A stretch of 64,000 bases of DNA from Gammaproteobacteria bacterium (GCA_965215365.1 CBDCDS010000003.1:2496001-2560000); one strand, 5' to 3'; shown: positions 33,927-44,352, counted from the stretch's first letter. Numbers and translations are program-made. The notes: generated by a model from the sequence alone, not told the origin.

Positions 33927-34664
33927 TTACACCGCGAGCAGCATTTCGAGCTCGTTGCGGTTCAGCTCCCAGTGCTGCCCCGGGCGTTTCGCGCGCGGGA
34001 GGGTGCAGGGGCCGTAGCGGATGCGTATCAGGCGATTGACCTGCAAGCCCTGAGCTTCCCATAACCGCCGCACTTCCCGGTTGCGGCCTTCCGTCAGCAC
34101 GACCTGATACCAGCGATTGTGGCCCTGGCCGGCGCCCCGGGAGACGGTCTTGAAGCGAGCCACCCCGTCTGCCAGTTGCACGCCGGTCGTGAGCGCCCGC
34201 AGTTGCGCAGTCGTGGGTCGCCCCAGCACGCGCACGGCATACTCGCGTTCGACCTGATGGCGCGGGTGCATGAGTCGAGCTGCCAGCGCGCCGTCATCCG
34301 TAAACAACAGCAAACCGCTGGTGTTGAGGTCCAGGCGCCCGACATTGACCCAGCGTCCGCGTGTCAGTGTCGGCAACCCGGCAAACACCGTGCGCCGCCC
34401 CTGCGGGTCGGTGGCGGTGCAGATTTCACCCTGAGGTTTGTAATAGGCCAGCACTTTCGGCCCGGCTTGCTGCGCGCCCTTGTGTGGCGGGCGCAGTTGT
34501 ACGCGGCGCCGGTCGATATTGACTCGGTCATGCGGGTTGAGCTTGTCGCCCGGCTGCGCCACCTGGTCGTTCACGCGCACGCGCCCGGCCTTGATCAGCT
34601 CGTCGATATGACGACGGGAACCGAATCCGGCGGCGGCCAGGACTTTCTGGATGCGATCTGGCAT
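33927..34664 (-). CDS. rluB: 23S rRNA pseudouridine synthase (RluB/RsuA family)
   Basis: S4 domain, GRLDLNTSGLLL, EGRNREVRR; follows scpB. Confidence 0.88.
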   Translation of the reverse strand: MPDRIQKVLAAAGFGSRRHIDELIKAGRVRVNDQVAQPGDKLNPHDRVNIDRRRVQLRPPHKGAQQAGPKVLAYYKPQGEICTATDPQGRRTVFAGLPTLTRGRWVNVGRLDLNTSGLLLFTDDGALAARLMHPRHQVEREYAVRVLGRPTTAQLRALTTGVQLADGVARFKTVSRGAGQGHNRWYQVVLTEGRNREVRRLWEAQGLQVNRLIRIRYGPCTLPRAKRPGQHWELNRNELEMLLAV

Positions 34665-34670
34665 GACGGG

Positions 34671-35333
34671 CTAGTTTCTCTGCAAGGGAATAACGTTATC
34701 GTCCTCGAACGCAGCGGGCGCCGGCTCAGTATCCTGAGCAGCGGGCCGGGCCGCCGTATCCGGCTGCGGCCCGGTCTGCTCGAACAAGTCCGGCTCAATC
34801 TGGCTTAAGTCCTTGATTTCGCCCAGTGACGGCAGTTCCTCCAGTGCCTTCAGGTTAAAGTAATCCAGGAAGCGGGAGGTAGTCGCCAGTAACTCCGGGT
34901 GACCGGGCGCTTCCCGGTGCCCCACCACCTTTATCCATTCCCGCTCAAACAAGGTACGCACGATACCGGCACTGAGGCTGACGCCGCGCAAGTCCTCAAT
35001 TTCGCCCCGGGTCACCGGCTGGCGGTAGGCGATAATAGCTAGGGTTTCCAGCAGCGCCTGGGAATAACGCTGTGGCCGTTCCTGGAACAAGCGGTTAATC
35101 CGCTCGGCCAGCTCGGCCCGCACCTGGTAACGGAAGCCGCTCGCCACCTCCTTCAGTTCCACCCCGCGCCCGGCACAGTCGCGCTGCAATTCATCTAGCG
35201 CCTTCCTGACAGCCCGGCGGTCGGGTTTGTCCGGCCCGTCCTCGAACATGGCCAGCAACTCAGTCACGCTCAGCGGGCTGTTCAGCGCCAGCAGCGCCGC
35301 CTCCACGAGGTTTTTCAGTTGCGCCGAGGTCAC
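34671..35333 (-). CDS. scpB: SMC-Scp complex subunit ScpB
   Basis: LETLAIIAYRQPVTRGEIEDLRGV, FLDYFNL. Confidence 0.95.
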   Translation of the reverse strand: MTSAQLKNLVEAALLALNSPLSVTELLAMFEDGPDKPDRRAVRKALDELQRDCAGRGVELKEVASGFRYQVRAELAERINRLFQERPQRYSQALLETLAIIAYRQPVTRGEIEDLRGVSLSAGIVRTLFEREWIKVVGHREAPGHPELLATTSRFLDYFNLKALEELPSLGEIKDLSQIEPDLFEQTGPQPDTAARPAAQDTEPAPAAFEDDNVIPLQRN

Positions 35334-36136
35334 GCAATTGCCCTGACGTAGATGGGGCCGCTGCTGTCATTCTGAACAATTTCAACCAACGCTTCCCGGG
35401 CCAGTTCCAGCAATGCCAACAACACTACGATAACGCCGGGCCGGCCCTCTTCCACGATAAAAAGCTCGTGAAAATGGGTAAACCCCCCGGTCTCGAGCCG
35501 GTCCAGTATGGCTACCATACGTGCTCGCACTGACAAGGGTTCGCGCTGGATCCGGTGGTGAGAGAAGACTTCGGCGCGTCGCAATACCTCGCCGAATGAC
35601 TGCAAAATGGTATCCAGCGCTACTTCCGGGGGGCTGGTGCTGACCTGCTTGCCGGGAAAATCAACCAGCACGGCTAGGCAGTCCCGACCCAGCCGTGGCA
35701 AGTCATCCAGATCCTGCGCCGCCTGCTTGAATATTTCATATTCCTGCAAGCGTCGTACCAGTTCTGCGCGCGGGTCTTCCTCGTCCGCTTCCGGTTGCGG
35801 CCGCGGCAGCAGCATGCGCGACTTGATCTCCGCCAGCATGGCCGCCATCACCAGGTATTCTCCGGCCAGTTCCAGTTGTAACACTTCCATCAGTTCAATG
35901 TAGTTCATGTACTGCTCGGTCACCCTGGCAATGGGAATATTGAGGATGTCCAGGTTCTGGCGCTTGATCAGGTACAACAGCAGGTCGAGTGGGCCGGCGA
36001 AGGCTTCCAGGAATACTTCCAACGCATCGGGCGGGATATATAAATCTCTGGGCACCTCGCTCAGCGGCACGCCCTGCACGATGGCAAACGGCATTTCCTC
36101 CTGCATGGCCGCGCCGGACTTAGCCTGTTCAGGCAT
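35330..36136 (-). CDS. scpA: SMC-Scp complex subunit ScpA
   Basis: GPLDLLLYLI, IKSRMLLP, DPRAELVRRL, LALLEL. Confidence 0.95.
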   Translation of the reverse strand: MPEQAKSGAAMQEEMPFAIVQGVPLSEVPRDLYIPPDALEVFLEAFAGPLDLLLYLIKRQNLDILNIPIARVTEQYMNYIELMEVLQLELAGEYLVMAAMLAEIKSRMLLPRPQPEADEEDPRAELVRRLQEYEIFKQAAQDLDDLPRLGRDCLAVLVDFPGKQVSTSPPEVALDTILQSFGEVLRRAEVFSHHRIQREPLSVRARMVAILDRLETGGFTHFHELFIVEEGRPGVIVVLLALLELAREALVEIVQNDSSGPIYVRAIA

Positions 36137-37340
36137 AATCCAGCCCCATGGCCTCGCGCACTTCGGTGAGGGTTTCCCGGGCCACATCGCGCGCAGTTTC
36201 ACAACCTTCATTGATGATGGCGCGCACCGTTTCCGGGTCGTTGAGATAGTCCTCGGCCCGTTCCCGAATGGGTGCCTGCTCGCGAATAATGGCTTCTATC
36301 AGCGGCTTCTTGCAATCCAGGCAGCCGATGCCGGCGCTGCGACAGCCCTGCTGCACCCAATCCTTGAGCGACTTGTCAGAATAGATTTTGTGCAGGTCCC
36401 AGACCGGACATTTTTCCGGGTCGCCCGGGTCCTTGCGACGAATGCGCGCCGGGTCGGTGGGCATGGTTCTCACCTTGTCCTCGACGCGGGCCGGCGGTTC
36501 GCGCAGGGAAATGGTGTTGTTATAAGACTTGGACATCTTCTGCCCGTCGGTGCCCGGCATCTTCGGCGCCTCAGTCAGCAAGGCGCGGGGTTCCGGGAAG
36601 ATCATCTTGCCGCCGCCTTCTAGGTAGCCGACCAGACGTTCGCGGTCGCTGATACTGATATTCTGTTGCACTTCCACCAGTGCCCGGGCTTTTTCCAATG
36701 CTTGCGCGTCACCTTGTTCCTGGTATTTCTTCAATAGTTCAAAATACAGCTTGTTGTTCTTTTTGCCCATCTTGCGGGCCGCCCGCTCGGCCTTGCTCTC
36801 AAAGCCGGGGTCGCGCCCGTACAGGTAATTAAAACGCCGCGCCACCTCGCGCGCCATTTCCACATGGGCCACCTGGTCCTCGCCCACCGGCACGTAGCTG
36901 GCCTTGAAAATGATGATGTCGGCGGTCTGCAACAACGGATAACCAAGAAAGCCGTAGGTGGTCAGGTCTTTTTCATGCAGGCGTTCCTGTTGTTCCTTGT
37001 AGGACGGCACCCGCTCCAGCCAGCTTTGCGGGGTGAGCATGGACAATAACAGGTGCAGCTCTGCATGTTCGGGAATGCGTGACTGGATATACAGTTTGGC
37101 CGCACCGGGATTGATGCCGACCGCCAGCCAGTCAACGATCATCTCCCAAACGTTATTCTCAATGATGCCGGGAGTTTCATACTCGGTGGTGAGGGCGTGC
37201 CAGTCCACGACGCTGAAAAAACACTCGTACTCGTTTTGCAACCTGATCCAGTTTTTCAAGACACCGTGGTAGTGCCCCAGGTGCAACGCGCCGGTGGGCC
37301 TCATGCCGGACATCACCCGCTGGTTCGCAGAAATAGCCAA
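36129..37340 (-). CDS. trpS: Tryptophan--tRNA ligase
   Basis: SGMRPTGALHLGH, VPVGEDQ, KMSKS. Confidence 0.96.
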   Translation of the reverse strand: MAISANQRVMSGMRPTGALHLGHYHGVLKNWIRLQNEYECFFSVVDWHALTTEYETPGIIENNVWEMIVDWLAVGINPGAAKLYIQSRIPEHAELHLLLSMLTPQSWLERVPSYKEQQERLHEKDLTTYGFLGYPLLQTADIIIFKASYVPVGEDQVAHVEMAREVARRFNYLYGRDPGFESKAERAARKMGKKNNKLYFELLKKYQEQGDAQALEKARALVEVQQNISISDRERLVGYLEGGGKMIFPEPRALLTEAPKMPGTDGQKMSKSYNNTISLREPPARVEDKVRTMPTDPARIRRKDPGDPEKCPVWDLHKIYSDKSLKDWVQQGCRSAGIGCLDCKKPLIEAIIREQAPIRERAEDYLNDPETVRAIINEGCETARDVARETLTEVREAMGLDYA

Positions 37341-37360
37341 TCGTTTCCTCCTGAAAGTTT

Positions 37361-37516
37361 AAGGGTGCCTCTAAAAATTATAGGCACCCGTGCGGCATAA
37401 GGATATGCCGCCATTTTTAAGCACGTAAGTGCTTGAAAATGAAGGAAATGAAAAATCACATTTTTTCATTTCCGTCTTTAAAAATGCCACGGAGGGCACA
37501 TAAGCAGAGGCACCTG
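37361..37516. mobile_element. Long form of family-2 MITE
   Basis: Termini GGGTGCCTCT / AGAGGCACCT; internal AAAAATGCCACGGAGGGCA shared with 31771-31816. Confidence 0.65.
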
Positions 37517-37547
37517 TTATAATACTACCTTCAATGCGTCAATCAAT

Positions 37548-38111
37548 ATGAAATTTTTTCTCGATTTCTTGCCCGGGCTGGCTTTCCTGGTGGCTCTGTT
37601 TATCCCCGCAGACCGGCAACAGGGGTTGTATCTGGCGACGCAGGTGTTAATCGTAGCATCCCTGCTGCAAATTTTCTTGGTCTGGTTACTCACCGGCAAG
37701 GTTGAGAAACAATACGTGGCAATCTTCCTGGTAGTACTGGTGCTGGGCGCCGCCACCCTGCTGCTCAAGGATGAGCGTTTTATCAAGTGGAAACCGACTA
37801 TCGTGTTCTGGATTTTTTCCCTGGCCTTTCTGCTCAGTGCGCACCTTGGCAGCCGCAACCTGACGCAGCGGCTCATGGGTCAGGCTTTCAACGCGCCGCA
37901 AAACGTCTGGATGCAGGCCAACCTGTCGTTCGTGGGGTTCTTCATGCTGTGCGGCTTTATCAATCTGTTCGTGGCCTACAACTTCAGCACCGAGGTCTGG
38001 GCCATGTTCAAATTGTTCGGTTTTCTGGCCTTGAACGTCTTATACCTGCTGGGTCTGGTCATGTTCCTGGCCCGGTATGCAGTGGAACAATCCCCAGGCA
38101 ACAAGGACTGA
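37548..38111 (+). CDS. yciB: Inner membrane protein YciB/IspZ
   Basis: MKFFLDFLP, DERFIKWKPTI, WAMFKLFG; upstream of bolA. Confidence 0.9.
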   Translation: MKFFLDFLPGLAFLVALFIPADRQQGLYLATQVLIVASLLQIFLVWLLTGKVEKQYVAIFLVVLVLGAATLLLKDERFIKWKPTIVFWIFSLAFLLSAHLGSRNLTQRLMGQAFNAPQNVWMQANLSFVGFFMLCGFINLFVAYNFSTEVWAMFKLFGFLALNVLYLLGLVMFLARYAVEQSPGNKD

Positions 38112-38165
38112 CCCGGCCGGAATCAAGGAATCAATATGACCAGAACAGTTAGCCCCTGAGCCGAT

Positions 38166-38438
38166 ATGGATCGAGTCGCGCATATTCGCGCCAGGCTGCA
38201 ACAAGCGCTGGCGCCTGAACGCCTGGAAATTACCGATGACTCACACCTGCACGTCGGTCATGCCGGCGCGGCCGGCGGTGCCGGCCACTATACCGTGCAC
38301 ATCATCAGTTCCCGCTTCCGGGACTGTTCCACCCTGGCACGACACCAGCTGGTCTATCAGGCGCTCAGCGACATGATGCCGCAGGATATTCACGCGTTGA
38401 GCATCACTGCGCGCGCGCCAGAAGAAGCAGACACCTGA
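38166..38438 (+). CDS. bolA: BolA family protein
   Basis: DDSHLHVGH, RHQLVY, IHAL. Confidence 0.92.
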   Translation: MDRVAHIRARLQQALAPERLEITDDSHLHVGHAGAAGGAGHYTVHIISSRFRDCSTLARHQLVYQALSDMMPQDIHALSITARAPEEADT

Positions 38439-38453
38439 CGGAGGTAAGACATT

Positions 38454-39938
38454 ATGGCGTGGCAACCGGGCCGACGGCCGATTACCCGGAGTTTTGAAGA
38501 TTTCACCAACATTGCCCGCGCCCGGGCGGATGCCACCTTGCATGTTGACGGCGCCACCGGGCAGCTCCGGGTCACCGATCGGGAAAATCCGTTTCAACGC
38601 CTGATTATCTGGGTGCGCGACAAGCTGCATTTGCAGTCGCAGCAGCAGCCGGCCCCGACCCGGCACGAAGAGGTACGGGGGGCGTACAATCGGTTTTTAC
38701 AAGCGGTGTCGGCAGAGCATCGCTACCGGGAGCTGACGCCCTGGCTGGAGGACACCCTGGCGGCGGACATCATGGCTGCCGACCCAAAACCACTCACGAC
38801 CCGTAAAATACGCGACATCACGGTACGCCTTGATGAGTTGGCGCGCAACGGCGCCGAGACCCGTCTCAACGCCGACTACTTCTCCGGCCGTGCAGGGAGC
38901 AACTCCCTGCATAACATGCTGGAGGATGAGGCGGCTAAACGGCCACTACTGGAAGAAGCGGACTTCAAGTTGTCCGAGGCTGAGATTGAGCAGCTGTCCG
39001 ACGCTATTCACGACGCAATCATAGCCAGATTTCGCGCCGACCGGCAGGAAGTCAGTCGTCAGGATGGCAGCAGTATAGCCGCGCAACTGGTGAACGAAAC
39101 ACTGGCCGCGCACGAGCAGCGCCTGCGCGCCGAGCGTGGCGTTGCCAGCGCCACGGCGACACAGCAGCCCGACACCATTGCGCCCGACGAACTGCCACGC
39201 GCTATACTCCCATCCGATACACTTCTGCCCGAGGTGCTTTCGCCGGATGTGCTTTCGCCCGACGAACTGCCGTCCGCTGTGCCTCTGCCCGACGCACTTC
39301 TACCCGCTGTGCCTCCGCCCGACACCAGGGGCGCGTCTCGGGACGACGGGCAGGAGCAGGGAGATGTTGGGGTTGGCGACGGCGACATGGCAGCGGCGCA
39401 GCCGCAGGGCAAGGTTGCCGACACCGGCGTCAGAGACGGCGCCCCCGACCCGGAACAGACCGACAGCCGCATGTCGCACAGTACCCTTCGACGTTCGTTC
39501 AGGCCGGGTCGGGGCAGCGCCCGGCGCAGCAGCACGCTGGCCGCCCGCGCCAGACCGTCAGCCGGTCACGAGCGGTCAGTGACTATCGAGCGCGCGCGCC
39601 TGACGGACTACCTGAAAGATATCGAACTGCCCAAAGAGATCCGGGGCGCGGTGAAAATACTGATCCGGGACGGCAGTGTGCGCAACTACCAGGAACTGTT
39701 CGAGGCAGTGAACAAGGCCACCTTTGAGTGGGCCTGTGCCAACCGGCTGCGGAGCTGGTATGGCGAAGCGTTAAAGGAGCAGAATATCAAGCACGGTAAA
39801 AAACAGGAGGCGCCGGCACAGCTGGTTGCGGCGCTGCGCGCCAGGATGGTGAGTGACCGAGAGGCACTGGATTATCCGAATTTCAAGCAGCAGGCGCGCT
39901 TGCTGATTGGTAAATTTGTCCTCGGGCAGCCGTTATGA
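38454..39938 (+). CDS. Hypothetical protein, candidate T3SS effector
   Basis: 494-aa ORF with GGAGG RBS; Pro/Asp-rich low-complexity middle; abuts sctT. Confidence 0.55.
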   Translation: MAWQPGRRPITRSFEDFTNIARARADATLHVDGATGQLRVTDRENPFQRLIIWVRDKLHLQSQQQPAPTRHEEVRGAYNRFLQAVSAEHRYRELTPWLEDTLAADIMAADPKPLTTRKIRDITVRLDELARNGAETRLNADYFSGRAGSNSLHNMLEDEAAKRPLLEEADFKLSEAEIEQLSDAIHDAIIARFRADRQEVSRQDGSSIAAQLVNETLAAHEQRLRAERGVASATATQQPDTIAPDELPRAILPSDTLLPEVLSPDVLSPDELPSAVPLPDALLPAVPPPDTRGASRDDGQEQGDVGVGDGDMAAAQPQGKVADTGVRDGAPDPEQTDSRMSHSTLRRSFRPGRGSARRSSTLAARARPSAGHERSVTIERARLTDYLKDIELPKEIRGAVKILIRDGSVRNYQELFEAVNKATFEWACANRLRSWYGEALKEQNIKHGKKQEAPAQLVAALRARMVSDREALDYPNFKQQARLLIGKFVLGQPL

Positions 39939-39983
39939 GCGCGCTGGCGGAGAGCCTACGGAAGTGGCTACACGCCGACCGCT

Positions 39984-40760
39984 TCAGACCAGGGTGAACA
40001 GGTCGGCAATGGCCTCAATGAGTGTGATCAGCTCATGCTCCAGTGAACGGATCAGTATCTGCCAGTAAATCAGCAGGATAAACACGGCGACCAGACACTT
40101 GATCGGCATTGATAGAAAAAACACGTCAAGCTGAGGTGCAAACCTGCCAATCAGCCCCATGCACAGCTCGGTGAGAAACAGGGTGATGACCAGTGGCGCG
40201 GCAAGTAATACACACAGCTCCAACGTGTACAACAGGTTTCTGACCAGAAAATCGACCAGTTCCAGCGAGAACTGCGGAAAAAATTCGCTCGCCGACCACA
40301 CTGCGTAACTCTGGAAAATAAGACTCATATACAGGTAAAACCCGCCCACCATAAAAAATATGAAAATACAGCTGTGCAACATCAGGGTGCCAAACGGCGA
40401 GCTCTGATCGCCCACCAGCGGGTCCAGGGAGCTGGCGGCGGTGGCGCCGCGCTGGTTATCGATGAGGTTGCCGACCGCCTGGAAGCCCCAGAAAATCGCC
40501 AGCGGCACAATGCCCAGCAGCAACCCCAAAAACAATTCCTTGATAACCAGCACCAGCAGGTAGTCAAAGGTGATTCCGGGCTGAACCTGTGCGCTCACCA
40601 GAGGATAAACGAAAATCCCCATCAGCAGCACAATGGCGCCCCGGGCCTGCATGCCACCTATCAGTTCGGCCTTGAAGAACGGCGCGAACAAGAGCGCGCC
40701 GCCGATACGCGGCAGGCTCAGCGCAACAGCCAGCAGGTACTCGTAAGCCGTTGCCGGCAC
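39984..40760 (-). CDS. sctT: T3SS export apparatus SctT
   Basis: KELFLG, GNLIDNQRG, GRFAPQLDVFFLSMPIK. Confidence 0.93.
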   Translation of the reverse strand: MPATAYEYLLAVALSLPRIGGALLFAPFFKAELIGGMQARGAIVLLMGIFVYPLVSAQVQPGITFDYLLVLVIKELFLGLLLGIVPLAIFWGFQAVGNLIDNQRGATAASSLDPLVGDQSSPFGTLMLHSCIFIFFMVGGFYLYMSLIFQSYAVWSASEFFPQFSLELVDFLVRNLLYTLELCVLLAAPLVITLFLTELCMGLIGRFAPQLDVFFLSMPIKCLVAVFILLIYWQILIRSLEHELITLIEAIADLFTLV

Positions 40761-40769
40761 AGCAGCCTC

Positions 40770-41033
40770 TTATAACCGGTTGATGAGGTTGAAGGAATAC
40801 ATGGTGAACTCCGCCAGATCAGCGCCAATCCATAAACCAATGATCATCAGTCCGACGACCACGGCCGTGAGCTTGAACAGGAAGGTAACAGTCTGTTCCT
40901 GTAACTGCGTCAGTGCCAGCAGCAGGCTGATGAGAATACCGACCATCGCAGTAATGACAATCGGCGGCAGCGAAATGATCAGGATGAGCATCAGCGCCTG
41001 CTCCACGAGCTCAACGATGATGGACTTGTCCAT
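40770..41033 (-). CDS. sctS: T3SS export apparatus SctS
   Basis: SLPP...VGILISL..ALTQLQEQT..F..K. Confidence 0.93.
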   Translation of the reverse strand: MDKSIIVELVEQALMLILIISLPPIVITAMVGILISLLLALTQLQEQTVTFLFKLTAVVVGLMIIGLWIGADLAEFTMYSFNLINRL

Positions 41034-41037
41034 GGCG

Positions 41038-41697
41038 TCAGGCGTAGGTCATAGCCAGATTGTTCAGCAACAACGCCCAGCCGTCAACAAACACGAACAG
41101 CAGCAGTTTGAACGGCAGCGAGATAGTCATCGGCGACATCATCATCATGCCCATGGCCAGCAGGATGTTGGAGACTACAATATCGACGACGATGAACGGC
41201 ACGTAGATGATAAAGCCGATTTCAAATGCCTCTTTCAGTTCGGTCAGGGTGAACGCCGGTAACAGCAGGAAGAAATTATCGTCGGTGATGCTGTCCTGCA
41301 CCTGTTCCGGCCATAACTCCTGCGCCATGGTTTTGAACAGGTCAATCATGTCCTGGCTGGCGTTATGTTGCAGGAAGCGGCGATACGGCTCTACGCCCTC
41401 CCCCAGCATGAAACTCAGCAAGCTGCCGTCGGCGAGACTGACGTTGCTGCTTTGGGCCAGCTCGTAGGTCTCTATGAAGACCGGTGCCATGATGTACGCG
41501 GCGATGATCATCGCCAGCGAGTTGACGACGATGGTCGGCGGAATCTGCTGAATACCAATGGCGTTTTTGAGCAGGCTCAATACCACCACAAATTTCAGAA
41601 ACGCCGTACCGATACTTACGATGATCGGCAGCAGGCTGACCAACGCCAGCGTGATGACGATCGTAAGCAGACTGCCGGGGTTCAGCAGTTCATCCAT
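41038..41697 (-). CDS. sctR: T3SS export apparatus SctR
   Basis: AIGIQQIPP, LLPAF.LTEL..AFEIGF, LAMGMMMMSPMTISLPFKLLLFV; no cleavable signal, unlike FliP. Confidence 0.95.
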   Translation of the reverse strand: MDELLNPGSLLTIVITLALVSLLPIIVSIGTAFLKFVVVLSLLKNAIGIQQIPPTIVVNSLAMIIAAYIMAPVFIETYELAQSSNVSLADGSLLSFMLGEGVEPYRRFLQHNASQDMIDLFKTMAQELWPEQVQDSITDDNFFLLLPAFTLTELKEAFEIGFIIYVPFIVVDIVVSNILLAMGMMMMSPMTISLPFKLLLFVFVDGWALLLNNLAMTYA

Positions 41698-42823
41698 TAT
41701 TCACATTGACGACCCGGATCCCGAGGCGTTCTTCGATCCGTACTGGCTCGCCCTTGGCCAGCGGCTTGCCGTTCACCAGTATGGTGACGCCATCGGCGGC
41801 GTCCCGGGGCAGTTCCAGCAAGTCGCCCTCGGCAATGCGATTGATTTCCGCCAGGGTGCGGGTCAGGGTGCCCAGAGAAAAATGCAGCGTGACCTCTACG
41901 TCTTCGGGGCGCAGCAGTTCCGGCACTGTGGCAGGCACCGGGACGGCGTCCATGTCGGTCGCGGCGGCGGACGCGGCCTCGGCGTCTGCGGCTACAGCGG
42001 CTTCAGGGACTTGCCTGCCGGTATCTGTGGTCACGGGCAGGGCCTGCGTGTCGGCGTTTGAAGTTTCGGTATCTGCCATAAGATTGGACCTCAGCAATTG
42101 TTTCACCCGCATGGAGTCGGGTTGCAGCTCGACTGCAAATAACATCCTGTCCCCCATACATAACACGGCTTCGGTGACTGAATATTCACCGGCCTCCGGC
42201 ACTATCAGGTCGTTAGCTTGCAACTCCCGTAATTCGGCAACGCGCACACTGGTATGCCCCAATATCACCTCCAGGCGCAGCGGCGCCTGCTGCCCGGCCA
42301 GGGTGTGACCGTCCGCGGCGGCTTCAAACAGTGCCGCCAACGACCCGCCGCTGGCGGCAACCGGCGCCACCAGCACCGGCGGATAATCCAGCCCGGCGCC
42401 GGTGCGTAACCTCAATACCAGCACCGAGGCCGCATCGGGAGGGTGTTCCGGCAACTCGACGCCGTCCACTCGCACTGCGCACTGCCAGTGTTGACTGAGC
42501 CATTCCAATACGCCGTTATTGCGCACTTGCAGACAGGCGCAGCGCAACAGCTCGTCGAGTTGCCAGAACTGCGCCGGCTCCAAGCCTTGCAGCAATTCAT
42601 AAAACAACCCCTCCGGCAGACAGACATAGAACTTGAAGCCGTTCGCCAGGGATAGTTTCACGGCCACCAGCCGCTCCGAACCGGCGTCGAAGTCTTGGGC
42701 CGGTGACCAACGCGCCAGCAGCCGCCGGTTCGTATCTGCCAGGTAACAATCGCCGGCGCTGAGCCCGAAACGGTGCAGGACGGTCAGGTCCCTGAGTGCG
42801 CAAACACTAGCGGCGGCGGTCAC
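41690..42823 (-). CDS. sctQ: T3SS cytoplasmic ring protein SctQ
   Basis: Two SPOA domains; C-terminal VNGKPLAKGEPVRIEERLGIRV; upstream of sctR. Confidence 0.85.
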   Translation of the reverse strand: MTAAASVCALRDLTVLHRFGLSAGDCYLADTNRRLLARWSPAQDFDAGSERLVAVKLSLANGFKFYVCLPEGLFYELLQGLEPAQFWQLDELLRCACLQVRNNGVLEWLSQHWQCAVRVDGVELPEHPPDAASVLVLRLRTGAGLDYPPVLVAPVAASGGSLAALFEAAADGHTLAGQQAPLRLEVILGHTSVRVAELRELQANDLIVPEAGEYSVTEAVLCMGDRMLFAVELQPDSMRVKQLLRSNLMADTETSNADTQALPVTTDTGRQVPEAAVAADAEAASAAATDMDAVPVPATVPELLRPEDVEVTLHFSLGTLTRTLAEINRIAEGDLLELPRDAADGVTILVNGKPLAKGEPVRIEERLGIRVVNVNNG

Positions 42824-42917
42824 GATAGAGTTCGCATTGCGCCCGAAATGTTACCATAACCCAACCCGGCGAGAGCAGATAGAATGACTCCCTAAGGCGC
42901 AAATAACCCACTGTTCA

Positions 42918-43967
42918 CTAACCGTCATCGTGTTCGTCATCAAGATACAGCCCCCTGGAATGACGTTGTGGGTCGGCGTCACCCCCCGTATCCGCGTTGA
43001 TGCCAACCCGGACCTCGCCGCCTAGCGCCTGTTGCAGGGATTCTTTCAGCGTCTGGCTGTTGTTGCTCAGCAGCGCGTTATCAGCCGCTGATTGGGTCAT
43101 GAAGTTGACCACCAGCCGCCCTTCTTCATGCTTGAGCGCCACCTCGGTGTTTTGCAGCACCGTATCTTTCACCAGAATCCGTACTTCCTTATTCTGATCA
43201 ATATTATTGACTGTCACCAGAATACGCTCGGCGACCTTGTTAATCAGTTCCGGGGCAATAGTCGGCGTCGCAACCTGAGCGGCCTTTTGCGTGGCTATTT
43301 CATGCGCACGCGCCTCCTGCGTCGCCAGTAGCCGGTACAAGTCCTGACCGGGTTCGGTGGTCGCCACGGGGTCTTTAGCGTCTGTTTGCACAGGCGAGGC
43401 AGCAGCATCCGACTCAGTGGCGTCGGCCTGGTCAGTCTCGAACGCCGGTTTGGGTTGTCGCTGCGCCACACTGTCCGGGCCGGACTGGTGACTTTGTGTG
43501 CTTTGTGCACCGGGTTTACAGGTGCCTGTATCCGCGCCGTCAGCCCCGGGCTGTGTCTCTGCCCTCTCCCGCGCGCGCGGAGGCGTACCGGCTATCCCGT
43601 ACTGAGGTGTTCCGGCAGTGGCGCGTTCAGGTATTTCCGCCACTCCATGCCGGTGCGGCTCGGCGGCGCCATGCTGGTGCGCCCCTGCGCCCGCGCGCTC
43701 GTGACGCGGCGGCGCACCGCCCTGATGCCGGCGCGGCCGGGTGCCCACCGGGGCGGATTGATAACGGGCGGCGGCACCGTGTTCCGTACCAGCACTACGC
43801 GCCTCGGGCTGCTTTTCAGCGGCGGGCTGCTTTCCATCCAGAGATTGCTTGAACAGCTCCGCGTCTTCCTGCAGGGCCGCATTATCCCGCTGCGGACGAG
43901 CCCCGGTCGACGTTGCCGCCGGGGCGGAAGGAGGCCGGGGCGTGGAAATTTTCATAGTCATAGTCAA
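42918..43967 (-). CDS. sctP: T3SS needle-length regulator SctP (FliK-like)
   Basis: Low-complexity N-terminus; C-terminal domain VAERILV...EVRI..K..VL..TEV...LVVNF..SRG; upstream of sctQ. Confidence 0.8.
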   Translation of the reverse strand: MTMTMKISTPRPPSAPAATSTGARPQRDNAALQEDAELFKQSLDGKQPAAEKQPEARSAGTEHGAAARYQSAPVGTRPRRHQGGAPPRHERAGAGAHQHGAAEPHRHGVAEIPERATAGTPQYGIAGTPPRARERAETQPGADGADTGTCKPGAQSTQSHQSGPDSVAQRQPKPAFETDQADATESDAAASPVQTDAKDPVATTEPGQDLYRLLATQEARAHEIATQKAAQVATPTIAPELINKVAERILVTVNNIDQNKEVRILVKDTVLQNTEVALKHEEGRLVVNFMTQSAADNALLSNNSQTLKESLQQALGGEVRVGINADTGGDADPQRHSRGLYLDDEHDDG

Positions 43968-44018
43968 TCAGGCAGCAGTTCAGGGCACCACAAGGCCCAG
44001 GATTTTGCTTGGGCTTCG

Positions 44019-44049
44019 AGTATAACACCGCCGCCCGATAACCTGTCAA
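44019..44049 (-). promoter_or_regulatory. Putative sigma70 promoter for sctP operon
   Basis: TTGACA-19 nt-TATACT with extended TGn; spacer slightly long. Confidence 0.45.
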
Positions 44050-44108
44050 TGAAAAGGAGGAAAAGAAGGTGCAAGGCACCTCTGCTCAGGTGCCCTCCTT
44101 GGTACTTT

Positions 44109-44352
44109 TAACCCGCATATCTGACCAAGTCGCTTACTGCATTGTGAAACATAATTTTCTCAATAATTTATGATAATACTGCTGCTCTTTCCACCTGACA
44201 CACTGCGCTTGATGCGCCCTCGCTGGTCTTGGTTCTGCCTGCGGGCACGTGCTTGTTCAACCATAGCTACCGCTATGGTTTCGGTCGCAGGCACCCGCAG
44301 GCAGAACCCATCCGGCGCGATCTTCGCATCACCAGGTGAGATCTGCGGGCTA
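44109..44352. mobile_element. Family-1 MITE, full copy (~244 bp)
   Basis: TIRs CCCGCATATCTGACC / GGTGAGATCTGCGGG with TA at both ends; highly similar to 52969-53212. Confidence 0.85.

Noticed and set aside
36600-36830. Insertion in TrpRS as an intein or novelty
   Set aside because: No intein motifs; a helical insertion is common in this long proteobacterial TrpRS form.
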